DNA of 64,000 nt from Candidatus Latescibacterota bacterium (GTDB lineage Bacteria; Latescibacterota; UBA2968; UBA8231), in the NCBI GenBank assembly GCA_965261395.1, contig OZ253462.1:4512001-4576000 (forward strand), in the 5' to 3' direction. Below the pieces are notes generated by a model that was given only the letters and a program-made list of their open reading frames with translations, was not told the DNA's origin and ran no database searches. The position numbers were made by a program, and so were the translations under genes. Below are positions 17,999 through 28,493 of the stretch, one piece after another. Position 1 is the stretch's first letter; every line of letters begins with the position of its first letter.

Positions 17999-19546
17999 AT
18001 GTCCAACCCCGCTGACTACGGCATCATCTACAACTGGGACGGCGCGCCGCACGGCTACTCGCCCGTCCCCCAGTCCATGGACGATTTTCTCGACAAGACG
18101 TACGCCCCCCTTGAAGACACCCAAGTCGGTGCCCTGTTCTGGTGCGTGGGTGAACACGCCACCCGCTGGCCAAGCGACGCGCTCGAACTCCTCGGCGACA
18201 CTCACCAGCGCCGCTATGAGAACGCCGCTAGCTACACGCACACCGAAAACATCCGCCGCATGTTGGAGCGGGGCGAAGATCCCCAACAGGCCGTCATCGA
18301 CCGCGGCCACGAGTTAAACCTCCATGTCTATGCCTCGCTGCGCATGAACGACAATCACTTCAACGGCGCCCAGCTAAGCGACCTCCAGACCCTGCACCAC
18401 GTCGAACTGACCCAACTGCGCAAGGACCACCCCGAATGGCTGCTCGGCGAGGATACCGAGGAGTGGTTTGCCCTGTCGTGGAATATGGCCATCCCCCAAG
18501 TGCGCGAGAATCGCTTCCAACACTTGCGCGAAGTCTGCCAAAACTACCCCTGGGACGGCGTCGAACTCGACTGGCAACGCCACCCCTTCCACTTCCCCGC
18601 CGACTATGCCTATCGCCTGCGCTACGTCCTCACCGACTTCATGCGAGCAGCGCGGCAACTGACCGACGAACTAGCCCAACAGCGCGGCCGGCCCTTTTAC
18701 CTAGCGGCTCGCGTCGCTGGCTCCATCGAGGGCTGTCACCGCATTGGCTACGACGTGGAGACTTGGGTGAAGGAAAACCTCGTCGATATCCTGCTCCCGG
18801 CTGGTGCCGCCGCTACCGACCCAGCCATTGAAGTCAGCGCCTTCCGCGCCCTCTGCGCCGACCGCGACATCGCCCTCTACCCAGGGTTCGATGGTGGCGT
18901 CCCCGGTCCGGCCGCCGGTCCCGAAGGCGAATCGGCCCGCCACAACATGCGCACCAAAGCCACGGCCATGCAGTATCACGGCCAAGGCGCGACCGGTATA
19001 TACGCCTTCAACTGGCACGCCGACCGCGATTCAAGACGCGAGTTGCTAACCCAAGTGGGCGCGGTGCAGACCTTGCGCCGCCAAGACAAGCTCTACAGCG
19101 CGACCCACCGCTTCCGCCAACACACCGGGGAGTGGCGCGGTGCGTACCAGCACGACCGGCTGCGTGGCACTCTACCTGTCCCTCTCTATCCGACCTTGCA
19201 AGAGACCGGTCCTCACTTCGACCTCGACCTCGCCGACGACCTGAGCGCAGATTCACCGGCGACCATTACCCTGCGTCTGCGTCTGCAAGAATGGGTCGCT
19301 GGCGACCAGATTCGCTGCTCTTGGGACGGCGAGGTCTTGGCCGACCCGGATATCAGCTATTGCCACGGCGGCGACCCCCAACCTATCTCCGATGTCAGCA
19401 CCGCCGCTTGGCACAGCTTCGCGCTCACTGCTGACCAAGCCGCCCGCGGCACCCATCGCTTAGAAGTCGTCCTCTTGCAACGCCACCCCCAACTTGCCTG
19501 CGACTTGTTACTAACCGACGTCGAGGTATTAGTCCTCTTTGGCTAA
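17999..19546 (+). CDS. Uncharacterised GHL10-like TIM-barrel protein
   Basis: IIYNWDG, SLRMNDNH, HPEWLL, DGVELDW, GIYAFNW; paralogue of 26898-28481. Confidence 0.65.
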   Translation: MSNPADYGIIYNWDGAPHGYSPVPQSMDDFLDKTYAPLEDTQVGALFWCVGEHATRWPSDALELLGDTHQRRYENAASYTHTENIRRMLERGEDPQQAVIDRGHELNLHVYASLRMNDNHFNGAQLSDLQTLHHVELTQLRKDHPEWLLGEDTEEWFALSWNMAIPQVRENRFQHLREVCQNYPWDGVELDWQRHPFHFPADYAYRLRYVLTDFMRAARQLTDELAQQRGRPFYLAARVAGSIEGCHRIGYDVETWVKENLVDILLPAGAAATDPAIEVSAFRALCADRDIALYPGFDGGVPGPAAGPEGESARHNMRTKATAMQYHGQGATGIYAFNWHADRDSRRELLTQVGAVQTLRRQDKLYSATHRFRQHTGEWRGAYQHDRLRGTLPVPLYPTLQETGPHFDLDLADDLSADSPATITLRLRLQEWVAGDQIRCSWDGEVLADPDISYCHGGDPQPISDVSTAAWHSFALTADQAARGTHRLEVVLLQRHPQLACDLLLTDVEVLVLFG

Positions 19547-21621
19547 CGCCCGTAGCGCAGGCCAAAGAAAAAACCCGGCCACGCGAAAAGCCCGTCTTCC
19601 CACTCCTTCTCGTAGCGGCTACCCGACTCAATCAGCCGCAGTTGGCCATGGGTCCACAACTGGTTTAGGGAGACGCCGCCAAACAGCGACAGACGACCGC
19701 GCCAAGAGATTTCCTCGGCAAGGACCACTCCCGTCTCAAGTTTGATCCGCGCCAGATAGTTGCCTCGGGCCAAGCTATCCAAACCAAAGGCCACTGCGGG
19801 CGGCCAAAATCTAATGCCCGCTTTGTAATCGTCATAGAGAGTGCGGCTGATTCGGTAGCTGTGTACATCGAGGCCGAGGAAAAACCACTCCCCGCGCTTC
19901 TGTACCCCACCTCCTACGCCCAGCGCCCAGCGCCGCTGGCCGTCTTGGTCGGCAAAGCCAGTGGTAAACGCGGTGTAAAACGAGCGGCTGCCCGAGGCGA
20001 GGGTGAACATGGTAAAGCCGACTTCGTCGCGCCAAGTGCTGAGGTTGAAAAGCCCGCTGCGCGAGTAATTGATCAACCCGATGGGCAGGCCGCCCTCAAT
20101 GTGGCCGGAAAGGTTGACCAAGCCCATCTGCCAGCCCTTGACCTCGCTCGCCATGTTCAATAATCCGACCTGACCGCCCTTGACCTCGCCGACGAAATTG
20201 GTAACTCCGGCCACTTGCCAACCGCGGATTTTGCCGACGATGTTGATCGTTTGCGCCACCTGCCAGCCGCGTACCTGCGAGGCGATGTTGATCAAGCCTA
20301 CCTGACCACCCTGCAAAGGCCCCAACGCCCAGTTGACGCCTAGGACGGCTGCCTGCCAGCCATCGACCTCTTTGAGCGCCAAGTTGCCCAACCCGCTGAT
20401 CTGATTGCCGGTCCGCTCGCGCGCTTGGTTGACCAGCCAAGCGAACTGGACGCCGCGGAACGCCTCGTCCTGCGTATTGGTCAACAGCCCCAGCGACAAG
20501 GTGTAGCCCTCGCGGGTGGCGACCTCGATCTGGCGTCCCAAGGTAATCCTCCGCCCCGAGCCGCCGCGCAGCTTAGTGTCCTCTGGGGTCAAGACGCGAA
20601 AGTCTCCGCTACTCACAGTGGCGAACTCCCCTTCGGCCAGGGCCAATTCGGCCAAGCGCCAGCCCGAGTCCCACGTTTCCAAAAACAGAGTATAATCCCC
20701 CGGCACCAATCCCAGCTCGACCGACCGCCCGGGGGATTTGTTCAGTTCGGCGACTAGGCGCTGCTGGGCATTGCGGATAGAGATCCGGCCGGCGAGGGAC
20801 TCGTCCATCGACAGGCCTGCTGCGTTGCGGCGCACCTCGGTCATCACCACGCCGCCGGTGCCGCGCATCTGGCCCTCATAGGCTGGGTGCTGAGTACCCC
20901 CCGCAGTGCCAAGAGTCCGCGCCCGCGTCTCGTCAAAGGCGAACTGGTACGCCTCGTGGAGAGTCACCCGGCCATCGCCGGTAACGTCGGCCGCGCCGCG
21001 CATCCCGGAAACTAGATAGTGGGTAAAAAAGGACGCCTTGATCAGATCTGACTCCTGCGCCGCTTCGTCGGCTGAACTCGACGTGAGGAAGGCGTAGCCC
21101 CGCATGTCAAAGGATTCATCGACCAAAAAGGGCGGCTTAGGCTTGCCGCCCTTGATGCGGGTTATGCTCCCGGAATTGCAAGCGTCGAGGACGGCGATGC
21201 GGACGGTGGCGTTGGCCGTCTTCAGCGAATCGAGCAACTGCTGGTAGCCGAGGTGATCGCCGGCCAACAGCAGGCCCTCTTCGTCGGCGTGGCCCGAGTA
21301 GTACAGCAGCACCTCCAGCCGGTCCCCCCGCCGGCTGGCTGCCTTTACCCGCCGACCCAGATCGGCCAGCCCTTTCTCGAAGGCCGTCAAGTCGGGATCG
21401 CGCAACAGCAACACATCAGCCGGGTCCAGTCCCCCCATCTCCTGCAACACCTCGACGAACTGTTCCGCGTCCGAGACCGCGTAGCGCAGCAGTTCGCGAT
21501 CTACCCCGCCATTGTTGGCCCCCGCAGCCAAGATCAATCGACGCACCTCGGCCTCCACCGGCTGGGATAGACCCGCCGCAGCGACAACGACCAACAAGGC
21601 GCGCACCAAAGACATGGGCAC
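19543..21621 (-). CDS. Exported caspase-family (peptidase C14) protein with GxQ..N repeats and C-terminal beta-rich domain
   Basis: Signal peptide; YYSGHAD and LDACNSG catalytic dyad; repeated GWQ/GGQ..N units; aromatic C-terminus. Confidence 0.85.
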   Translation of the reverse strand: MPMSLVRALLVVVAAAGLSQPVEAEVRRLILAAGANNGGVDRELLRYAVSDAEQFVEVLQEMGGLDPADVLLLRDPDLTAFEKGLADLGRRVKAASRRGDRLEVLLYYSGHADEEGLLLAGDHLGYQQLLDSLKTANATVRIAVLDACNSGSITRIKGGKPKPPFLVDESFDMRGYAFLTSSSADEAAQESDLIKASFFTHYLVSGMRGAADVTGDGRVTLHEAYQFAFDETRARTLGTAGGTQHPAYEGQMRGTGGVVMTEVRRNAAGLSMDESLAGRISIRNAQQRLVAELNKSPGRSVELGLVPGDYTLFLETWDSGWRLAELALAEGEFATVSSGDFRVLTPEDTKLRGGSGRRITLGRQIEVATREGYTLSLGLLTNTQDEAFRGVQFAWLVNQARERTGNQISGLGNLALKEVDGWQAAVLGVNWALGPLQGGQVGLINIASQVRGWQVAQTINIVGKIRGWQVAGVTNFVGEVKGGQVGLLNMASEVKGWQMGLVNLSGHIEGGLPIGLINYSRSGLFNLSTWRDEVGFTMFTLASGSRSFYTAFTTGFADQDGQRRWALGVGGGVQKRGEWFFLGLDVHSYRISRTLYDDYKAGIRFWPPAVAFGLDSLARGNYLARIKLETGVVLAEEISWRGRLSLFGGVSLNQLWTHGQLRLIESGSRYEKEWEDGLFAWPGFFFGLRYGR

Positions 21622-21633
21622 AACTCCTCAGAT

Positions 21634-21659
21634 AGGGCGAACACAAGGGTCGCCCCTAT
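21634..21659 (-). repeat. GTAG-type REP-like palindrome
   Basis: Minus strand ATAGGGGCGACCCTTGTGTTCGCCCT hairpin in an intergenic gap. Confidence 0.5.
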
Positions 21660-21673
21660 CGCTTAGGACGGGG

Positions 21674-22435
21674 CTAGGGGCCCCCAGGTTTCTTTACGGT
21701 AAATCGGTGCAGGCGGACATCATCACCCAACGCCACATCGCCAGCGGCCAGCTTGGCCTTGACTGCCGCCAAGCCAAAGCGACGGTCGGCCGCCACCAAG
21801 TAAAACCGCTCCCACCGCGGCGCATCGTCTAGTTCGTAGGCAACGTCGAGGGTATCTTGCGCCGCCAGCGCCACGGCCTCTGCTCCAGTCGCGGGTAGGT
21901 GCTGCGTTACGGCACCGCGCCCATCGACGGACAGAATTGCCCCGTACTGCAAGCCACCGGAGCGGTAGGCGAGCTGCACCAAGTCCCCGCTTTGGGCCAC
22001 GGCCCCGTCCTGTAGGCGCTCCGCACCGCTGGCCAGCTTGCGGAAGACCAGCAAACGCGGGCCCTGCTCGCCGCCCTTGACCCGCAGGGCAGGTGCTTCC
22101 GGGGTTTCTTGGTCAAAGAGAGTGGGCACCGCCACCACCGCCAGGATCAGGGCCACGGCCGGCACGGCCCAAAGGCGATACCCACTCCACGTTCGTTGGA
22201 CGCGCCGGCCCTGCGCCCGCTTGAGTTTTAGCTCGATCTGGCCGCGCATCCATTCGGGTGGATAGCGCTGATGCAATTCCTCGTTGGAGCGCTCTAGGGC
22301 TGCTAGCCGCTGCGCGAGCGCTGGATCGGCTGCCAACCGGCGGTCCAAAGCCGCCAACTCGTCGTCGGTACCCTCGCGCAGCAGGTAGCACTCTAGCTGG
22401 TAGTCGCTTATGGGGCGCTCGTCTTGCTGGTTCAT
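21674..22435 (-). CDS. Membrane anti-sigma factor with DUF4384-like domain (ActD-like)
   Basis: N-terminal LECYLL helix, one TM, RVKG, GDLVQLAY, LSVDGRG, YELDDAPRWERF. Confidence 0.75.
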   Translation of the reverse strand: MNQQDERPISDYQLECYLLREGTDDELAALDRRLAADPALAQRLAALERSNEELHQRYPPEWMRGQIELKLKRAQGRRVQRTWSGYRLWAVPAVALILAVVAVPTLFDQETPEAPALRVKGGEQGPRLLVFRKLASGAERLQDGAVAQSGDLVQLAYRSGGLQYGAILSVDGRGAVTQHLPATGAEAVALAAQDTLDVAYELDDAPRWERFYLVAADRRFGLAAVKAKLAAGDVALGDDVRLHRFTVKKPGGP

Positions 22436-22902
22436 GGTTTCTCCATCTCTTGCAGCGACGCTCGCAGGCCGAGCAACCGCTTACGCACACCGGATATGGA
22501 CATGCCCACTTCCCTAGCCACCTCCTCCAAGGTCATGCCGTCAACGTAGTACAAGACGGCCATCGTGCGCGTTGATTCAAGCTGTTGGCCAAAGAGCTTG
22601 GCCAGCGCGGCGCGAGCATCTATCTGGCCCTCGGCGTCCTCCAAGCAGGCTATCTGCTCCAACAGCGTCGAGTCGGCCGTGGTCTTCCGCCGCCGGGTAT
22701 CGCGGATGCGATTGAGGCAGAGGTTGGTGGCCATGCGATAGAGCAGACTGGAGGGCGCGTCGTCCCGCAGACGGTGCCGCGTCAACAGCCGCACAAACAC
22801 ATCCTGAGTGGCGTCGAGCGCCTGGTCTTCGTCGCGCAGAAGCTGCCGACAACGACGCATGACCATCGGCCCGTAGCGACGGTACAGTGTATCTACGTCC
22901 AT
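22432..22902 (-). CDS. ECF sigma factor
   Basis: LYRRYGPMVMRRC, DATQDVFVRL, LYRMATNLCLN, DGMTLEEVA. Confidence 0.92.
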   Translation of the reverse strand: MDVDTLYRRYGPMVMRRCRQLLRDEDQALDATQDVFVRLLTRHRLRDDAPSSLLYRMATNLCLNRIRDTRRRKTTADSTLLEQIACLEDAEGQIDARAALAKLFGQQLESTRTMAVLYYVDGMTLEEVAREVGMSISGVRKRLLGLRASLQEMEKP

Positions 22903-23027
22903 GTATTCCCTGGCGGTGTACTACTTAAACACCTATGGTGGCGCGGGTGTTACTTCTGCTACGACAAAAAATTAGACCCCTAATTACTCAAACTTACAAG
23001 ATGCTGCTCACGTCCGGCACCAAACAA

Positions 23028-23060
23028 CAAGAGCCGACGGTCCATGGCCGCCGGCTCTTG
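23028..23060 (-). terminator. Stem-loop, probable intrinsic terminator
   Basis: caagagccg..cggctcttg inverted repeat just after the PhyH stop; T-rich tail on minus strand. Confidence 0.55.
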
Positions 23061-23094
23061 CGATCCTTCTTAAAGAATCTCTCCAAATCAAGCG

Positions 23095-24102
23095 CTATTT
23101 TTCCTCGATGGCCGTGAGAAGTTTGGCAGCCCGCTGGCGCTTGTCGGGGTCCTTGTCGCGAGCGAGGATGCGCTGGAGAACTGAGACAGAGAGCGGATCG
23201 CCTTGCTCGCCTAGTGACAGGGCCTGGCGGTCGCGTTCCTCGTGATAGCTGTCGTCGTAGTCAGCCACGTCCAGTTCGTGCTCGCGCCAGTAGTATTGCA
23301 AGTGGTCGGCGGGCCACTCGGCGTAGATGGCCTCCCAGGTATTGGGCTGGCTGTGGGGCAGCAGGCTGCCCGGGGCAATGGGGTCGGCAACGCGCTGATA
23401 GCGAGCGTCGATGGACAGGCGCAGTTGTTCGCCGGTGTTGGGGACGCCGCGATGGGGCATCATGCTGTGGAAGAACAGCACGTCCCCTTGCGCGAAAGGG
23501 CCGCCGGTCCAAGCACCTTCAAGCGAGTCGGTAATCGCCAATCCCCCAGCGCCTAGGGCCGGCTGGAACTCATACACGCCCCCCCGATGCGCACCAGCAG
23601 CCACCTCCAGCCCACCCATAGTCGGCGGCAGACCGTGGAGCGGGAACCAAGCGGTATAGGTCTCCGCCGTGCCCTGAATGGGGATGAAGTCCTGATGCGG
23701 CGGCGTGGTAAAGGACTCGCGCTTGGGAAAGATGGTGCGGCCGATGAGGCGGGGGTGGGGCAACACCGGGCCGTCGAACACCTTTTCGAGTAGGCCGACG
23801 AGCGCGGGGTGATGCTGCAAGGCGTGGAATTGCGGCAGCGCGTACATCCGGCTATAGACATCCATATATTCGGGCGTCGGCTCGACGCAGAAGCCATCTT
23901 GGTTGGCAATGGCGTCCTCGAGCGGCGCGTCGGCCTTAACCCAGCCGGCGTCGTGGGCAATGGCCAAAAAGCTCAGCCTGAGCGCTTCGAGTTCGGCGGC
24001 GGGCAGCAAGCCACGGACAAAGAAATAGCCGTCGCGCTGCATGCGGGTGCGGAGCGCGGGTGGGTCGTCGATAAGGGGGGTCGAGTTGAGAAAAGTAGGC
24101 AT
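23095..24102 (-). CDS. Phytanoyl-CoA dioxygenase (PhyH) family
   Basis: RDGYFFVRG, TPPHQD, GDVLFFH..H, RLSIDARY; start reassigned to MPTFLN. Confidence 0.88.
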   Translation of the reverse strand: MPTFLNSTPLIDDPPALRTRMQRDGYFFVRGLLPAAELEALRLSFLAIAHDAGWVKADAPLEDAIANQDGFCVEPTPEYMDVYSRMYALPQFHALQHHPALVGLLEKVFDGPVLPHPRLIGRTIFPKRESFTTPPHQDFIPIQGTAETYTAWFPLHGLPPTMGGLEVAAGAHRGGVYEFQPALGAGGLAITDSLEGAWTGGPFAQGDVLFFHSMMPHRGVPNTGEQLRLSIDARYQRVADPIAPGSLLPHSQPNTWEAIYAEWPADHLQYYWREHELDVADYDDSYHEERDRQALSLGEQGDPLSVSVLQRILARDKDPDKRQRAAKLLTAIEEK

Positions 24103-24136
24103 AATGCAGGCTCCCAAAATTGAAAAGAATGCTAAC

Positions 24137-25108
24137 CTAGAGGCCGCCGATGAGCACCCCCGCGGCAAACACCAAGGCTCCACCGAGCACCACCTGCATC
24201 GACGCCCGCCAGAACGGAGTTTCCATGAATCGGTTTTGAATCCAAGCGATAGCCCACAGTTCGACGAACACAATCGCAATGGCGAGCGCAGTCGCCGTAC
24301 CAAAGTGCGGGATGAGGTAGGGCAGAGCGTGGCCCAAGCCGCCAACCGCGGTCATAAACCCGGATGCCAAGCCGCGCTTGAACGGAGAACCTCGGCCGGA
24401 CAACTCGCCGTCGTCGGAAGCCGCTTCGGTGAAGCCCATCGAAATGCCGGCACCCACCGCTGCAGCAAGACCGACGATAAAAGTCGTCCACGTGTCCTGC
24501 GTGGCAAAGGCCGTGGCAAAAATCGGGGCTAGGGTGGACACGGAGCCGTCCATCAAGCCGGCGAGACCCGGCTGTATCCAAGTGAGGATGAACTGGCGAT
24601 GTGCCGTCGCATCCTCCTCCGACCGCACATCGAGTAGATCCTCTTCCAGCCGATTGGCGGTTTTCTGATGGCCGGCCTCCACCGCAGCCAAGTCGCCCAG
24701 TAGCTGGCGTGTTCCCGCGTCCGAGGTTTGCTGGGCTGCCCTCAAATAGAAGCGCTGCGCATCGCCCTCCATTTTGGACGCCTCCTGACGGATCCGGCCC
24801 AGACCGAGGCTTTCCACCAACCACACTGGCCGGCGGTTGTACCAGCCGGCGACATGCTCCCGGCGGATCAGCGGAATGAAATCGCCAAAGCGACGGCGGT
24901 ACTCTTCGATCAAGCGGCGGCGGTGCTCGTCTTCTTCCGCGGCCATGGTCTCGAACATCTCGGCCGACTGCGGATAGTCCGTGCGCAGACTTTCCGCGTA
25001 GGTCAGATAGATGCGACCATCGTCTTCCTCAGACGAAATGGCGAGGGCGAGAATTTCCTGTTCGGAAAGATCGGCAAACCTTCGACGAGCAGAGACGCCT
25101 GGAATCAT
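24137..25108 (-). CDS. mbfA: Iron exporter MbfA (ferritin-like + VIT1)
   Basis: LSEQEILALAISSEEDD, EEDEH, QPGLAGLMDGSVSTLAP. Confidence 0.92.
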   Translation of the reverse strand: MIPGVSARRRFADLSEQEILALAISSEEDDGRIYLTYAESLRTDYPQSAEMFETMAAEEDEHRRRLIEEYRRRFGDFIPLIRREHVAGWYNRRPVWLVESLGLGRIRQEASKMEGDAQRFYLRAAQQTSDAGTRQLLGDLAAVEAGHQKTANRLEEDLLDVRSEEDATAHRQFILTWIQPGLAGLMDGSVSTLAPIFATAFATQDTWTTFIVGLAAAVGAGISMGFTEAASDDGELSGRGSPFKRGLASGFMTAVGGLGHALPYLIPHFGTATALAIAIVFVELWAIAWIQNRFMETPFWRASMQVVLGGALVFAAGVLIGGL

Positions 25109-25137
25109 GTAGTAATCCCTTTTCTTCGTTAGGAAAT

Positions 25138-26856
25138 CTAGGCTGTAAAGAACGCCACGAGGGTCCAGCACACAGCCGCCAAGCCCGCCGCGATAGACGC
25201 CTGCGGGATTTGCGTCTTGACGTGGTCCATCAGGTCGCAGCCCGTACACATGGAACTAAGCACGGTAGTATCCGAAATCGGCGAGCACTGGTCGCCATAC
25301 ACGCTGCCGTCCATGACCGCGGCAAAACACAACGTCATAAAAAGCTCTGGATGCGCTAGGCCGTTAGCACCAGCCACCGCCCAAGCCAGCGGCATGGCCA
25401 GCGGGAAGGCCACCGCATACGTGCCCCAGCTCGTGCCAGTGGAAAAGGCGATGACCATGGTGAGGATCTGGAGCAAGACCGGCAGGAGGAAGTACGGAAT
25501 GCTCTCGCCGAGCTGTTCGACCAAGAAGATGCTACCGCCCGTCTCCTTGCTAATGCCGCCGATGGTGATCGCCAGCAGCAAAATCACCGAGCCGAGCACC
25601 ACCCCCTTAAAGCCATCGTGAACGCCAGCGATGAGGTCTTTGAGCGCCATGCCCTTGGCCAAGGCCATACCCGCAGCCAACAAGAGCGCAATGCCAAAAG
25701 CCCACTGCACATTGGGCGCTCCGCCGACGATAAAGGTGCCGACGGCAATGGCGATAAGCGTGCCCAGCGGCAAGAAGAATTCGAGGACGTGCGGAGTGTA
25801 GCCTTCGGGCACGTTGCTCCCTTGCAGCTCCTTGGCACTCAAGGGATCGGCACCTGGGGCGTCGAGCTGGCCGGTCGTGCGCGCGCGCTCGATCGCCGCC
25901 TTCATTTGCTTACCCAAAAAGAGGGGTTTTTCAATGCTGAGGAGCAGCGTGCCTAAGACGGCAAAAATGGCGTAAAAGCAAAAGGGCACGCTTTTAAAAA
26001 AGAAGGCAATGCGATCGGCTTCCGTGGCTAAAAAGCTGACGCCGGAGACGAAAATAAACGCCTGCACATAGCCGGGCCAAGCATTGAACGCGAGCTGGGA
26101 GGCAATCGGCGAGGCCGTTGAATCCACCACGTACGCCAGCTCCTCGTGACTAATTTTTTCGCTGTCGGCAATGGGTTTGACCGTGGTGCCGACCAGCACC
26201 GTGCTGACGGTGCCGCCCTGGAAGAAGACGACCCCGAGCAGCCAAGCGACCAGCTTGGCACTTCGGGGGCCGCGCACAAAGCGCACGGTCATAAACTCGG
26301 CAAAGGCCTGGGCCGCGCCCGTGCGCGACCATACCCCCATCAGCCCACCCAACAGCCACAAGTAGAGCAGCAGGATTCCGGCTGAGCTTTTGGTTGCCAA
26401 TGAGGGGATCAGCACCTCGCCAGTGAAGTCGTAGCGGCCCATCAGGAGAGCGCCGGCGATGATGCCGCCCAACAACGAGGTCACCGGTTCCTTCGTCAGC
26501 CAACACAACATCACAGCCACCACCGCCGGCAACAGCGACCAATAGCTCCAGTGGCGCTTGGCCACTAGTTTGTAGTAGCGGCCGCTCTCCGCCACCGAGA
26601 CAAATTCTTCGCTGACCGGAGGTGCCGTCCGCGACCCGTGAATCTTAGCCGGGTCGAGTTGGGCTTGTGCCATAGGCACGGCCTCGAAGTAGGCCGGCTT
26701 TTCGCGGTAGACGTAGTATAGCTTGCCGTCGCTGTCCGTTTTCACGTCTAACTCGACCTTTTCGACCGTCCACGTCGGCGACACATTGACGCCTATGATC
26801 CAAGACGCGATCAGGGCGATGGCAAAGATGGCGAAGTTGCGAATGCCTTTGGGCAT
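25138..26856 (-). CDS. NhaC-family Na+/H+ antiporter-like transporter
   Basis: [35 protein letters not shown]. Confidence 0.88.
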   Translation of the reverse strand: MPKGIRNFAIFAIALIASWIIGVNVSPTWTVEKVELDVKTDSDGKLYYVYREKPAYFEAVPMAQAQLDPAKIHGSRTAPPVSEEFVSVAESGRYYKLVAKRHWSYWSLLPAVVAVMLCWLTKEPVTSLLGGIIAGALLMGRYDFTGEVLIPSLATKSSAGILLLYLWLLGGLMGVWSRTGAAQAFAEFMTVRFVRGPRSAKLVAWLLGVVFFQGGTVSTVLVGTTVKPIADSEKISHEELAYVVDSTASPIASQLAFNAWPGYVQAFIFVSGVSFLATEADRIAFFFKSVPFCFYAIFAVLGTLLLSIEKPLFLGKQMKAAIERARTTGQLDAPGADPLSAKELQGSNVPEGYTPHVLEFFLPLGTLIAIAVGTFIVGGAPNVQWAFGIALLLAAGMALAKGMALKDLIAGVHDGFKGVVLGSVILLLAITIGGISKETGGSIFLVEQLGESIPYFLLPVLLQILTMVIAFSTGTSWGTYAVAFPLAMPLAWAVAGANGLAHPELFMTLCFAAVMDGSVYGDQCSPISDTTVLSSMCTGCDLMDHVKTQIPQASIAAGLAAVCWTLVAFFTA

Positions 26857-26897
26857 GTGGTTCCTTTCGGTTTGATGGAGTAAGGTCGTTTGTCAGC

Positions 26898-28481
26898 TCA
26901 TATTCCCGACGATTCGCTCGGCCCCAGATCCACGTCTTGGCCGCGGTGAAAATTGCGCCCCATCAGGTATTTGATATCCAGCTCTACATCGCGCACAAAA
27001 ATCTCCGGCAGGGCTTGGGCGTCCCGCCGCACCAATTCGACCGACAGCGTGTTGTTCCCCTTTTTCGGCCAGTGTTTGGCGTCTAGCCGAAACGCGTACC
27101 AATATCCCGATCCCGTGCGATAGCGCGGAGCTGACATCCGGTACAATTCGTTGATCTTGCGCGACAGACTAGCGGGCAACTCCCGGCCATTGAGATAGAA
27201 TTTCAGCCGGTCGCGCTCGGTGTGGCCCATTACCCGCACCCGCAGCAACACTTCGTGAATCCGGCCAACCTTGGCCCAGCGCCGCAGATCGTCGCTGACC
27301 GACAGCGTGATGGAAGCTTTGTCGCCCCTTTGCAAATAAGCCGGTAGCTGCATGGTCGTCCCCGGCTCGGTCGTGGGATTGGGATAGCGCCCGGTCATGG
27401 TCGGTACGTAGTAAATTTTGTCGCGGGCGGCCATGACCTCTGGGTAGGGCAATTCCCGCAGCTTCTCGTAGAAGGAAGCCTGGTACGGCCAGTTCCCAAA
27501 CCAGTGCGCCAAGTACAGGCCATCGACGCCCTGCGCCCAGTAGTTGCAGGCGGCCCCGCGCACCATCTCAATGCTCGCCTCCCCCAAGCGATCCGAGTCC
27601 ACGTGGCTTTGCAGGGCCGCGTGCACCCGACAGCCCGTGCCTTGGGCCGCGGCAACCAAGGGCCGGAAATCAATGGTCGAGTCCAAAAGCTCTGGGCCGG
27701 AAAACGCCTGGCCGATCAGTACATCGACCAGCCCTTCGCGCAACCACGCTTCGACATCCATGCCGACGGCATAGCACCCCTCGATGCTGCAGGGGATGCG
27801 GATGGCCAACTCGCGTTGGTCCCCGCTCTGCTTGACGGCGCGATGCACCTTGCGCACCCACTCGGTCATAATCTCGCGGCCGGCGGCGACCTCGTCTGGA
27901 TGGAAGTAGTAGGGCTGGTAGTTCATCTGCAGCTCAAAGCCATCGACCGGATATTTTCCTAGGGTCTCGGCAATCAGAGCAAAGCGTTCGTCGCGGACCT
28001 CTTGGTGCTTGAAGTCTAAGCAGGTGTGGCCGGGATAGTCGGCGGGCACATCGTCTTGGGCGCCGATTTCGAGATGGGCGTTGTCAAAGCGGAAGTCCGA
28101 GCAGCGCACGTCCTCTTCCCGCGGCCCCCGGCCCTGCTGCACCAACAGCGTCGGATAGACTTGTTTGCCGTACTGGTGGGCGCGGTCGCAAATCAGGCGC
28201 AGGGGGTCTTGTCCCTTGCGGATCAGGTCGCGGGCATTTTGGTGGGCGCGGCGAAAAATCAAATGCGGCCACCGCTTCACATTGTGCCCCCACAACTCCC
28301 CTACCTCGGTATCGTGCAGCACGGTGCGGCCATCGCCGAGGCAAAACATGATGGCCTCGACCGGCGTGCCCAACAGCTCGTCCACCCCCTGCTCGTATTC
28401 CTCTTTCTGGATCGGCGGCTCGTACATGTAGATCAGCGGATGCCGACCGTCGTGGTAAAACATGATCTTGGGCTTAGGCAT
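26898..28481 (-). CDS. Uncharacterised GHL10-like TIM-barrel protein
   Basis: FYHDGRH, DGFELQ, GMDVEAWLREGLVD, GVDGLYL. Confidence 0.65.
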   Translation of the reverse strand: MPKPKIMFYHDGRHPLIYMYEPPIQKEEYEQGVDELLGTPVEAIMFCLGDGRTVLHDTEVGELWGHNVKRWPHLIFRRAHQNARDLIRKGQDPLRLICDRAHQYGKQVYPTLLVQQGRGPREEDVRCSDFRFDNAHLEIGAQDDVPADYPGHTCLDFKHQEVRDERFALIAETLGKYPVDGFELQMNYQPYYFHPDEVAAGREIMTEWVRKVHRAVKQSGDQRELAIRIPCSIEGCYAVGMDVEAWLREGLVDVLIGQAFSGPELLDSTIDFRPLVAAAQGTGCRVHAALQSHVDSDRLGEASIEMVRGAACNYWAQGVDGLYLAHWFGNWPYQASFYEKLRELPYPEVMAARDKIYYVPTMTGRYPNPTTEPGTTMQLPAYLQRGDKASITLSVSDDLRRWAKVGRIHEVLLRVRVMGHTERDRLKFYLNGRELPASLSRKINELYRMSAPRYRTGSGYWYAFRLDAKHWPKKGNNTLSVELVRRDAQALPEIFVRDVELDIKYLMGRNFHRGQDVDLGPSESSGI

Positions 28482-28493
28482 GGTCTGGCTCCT

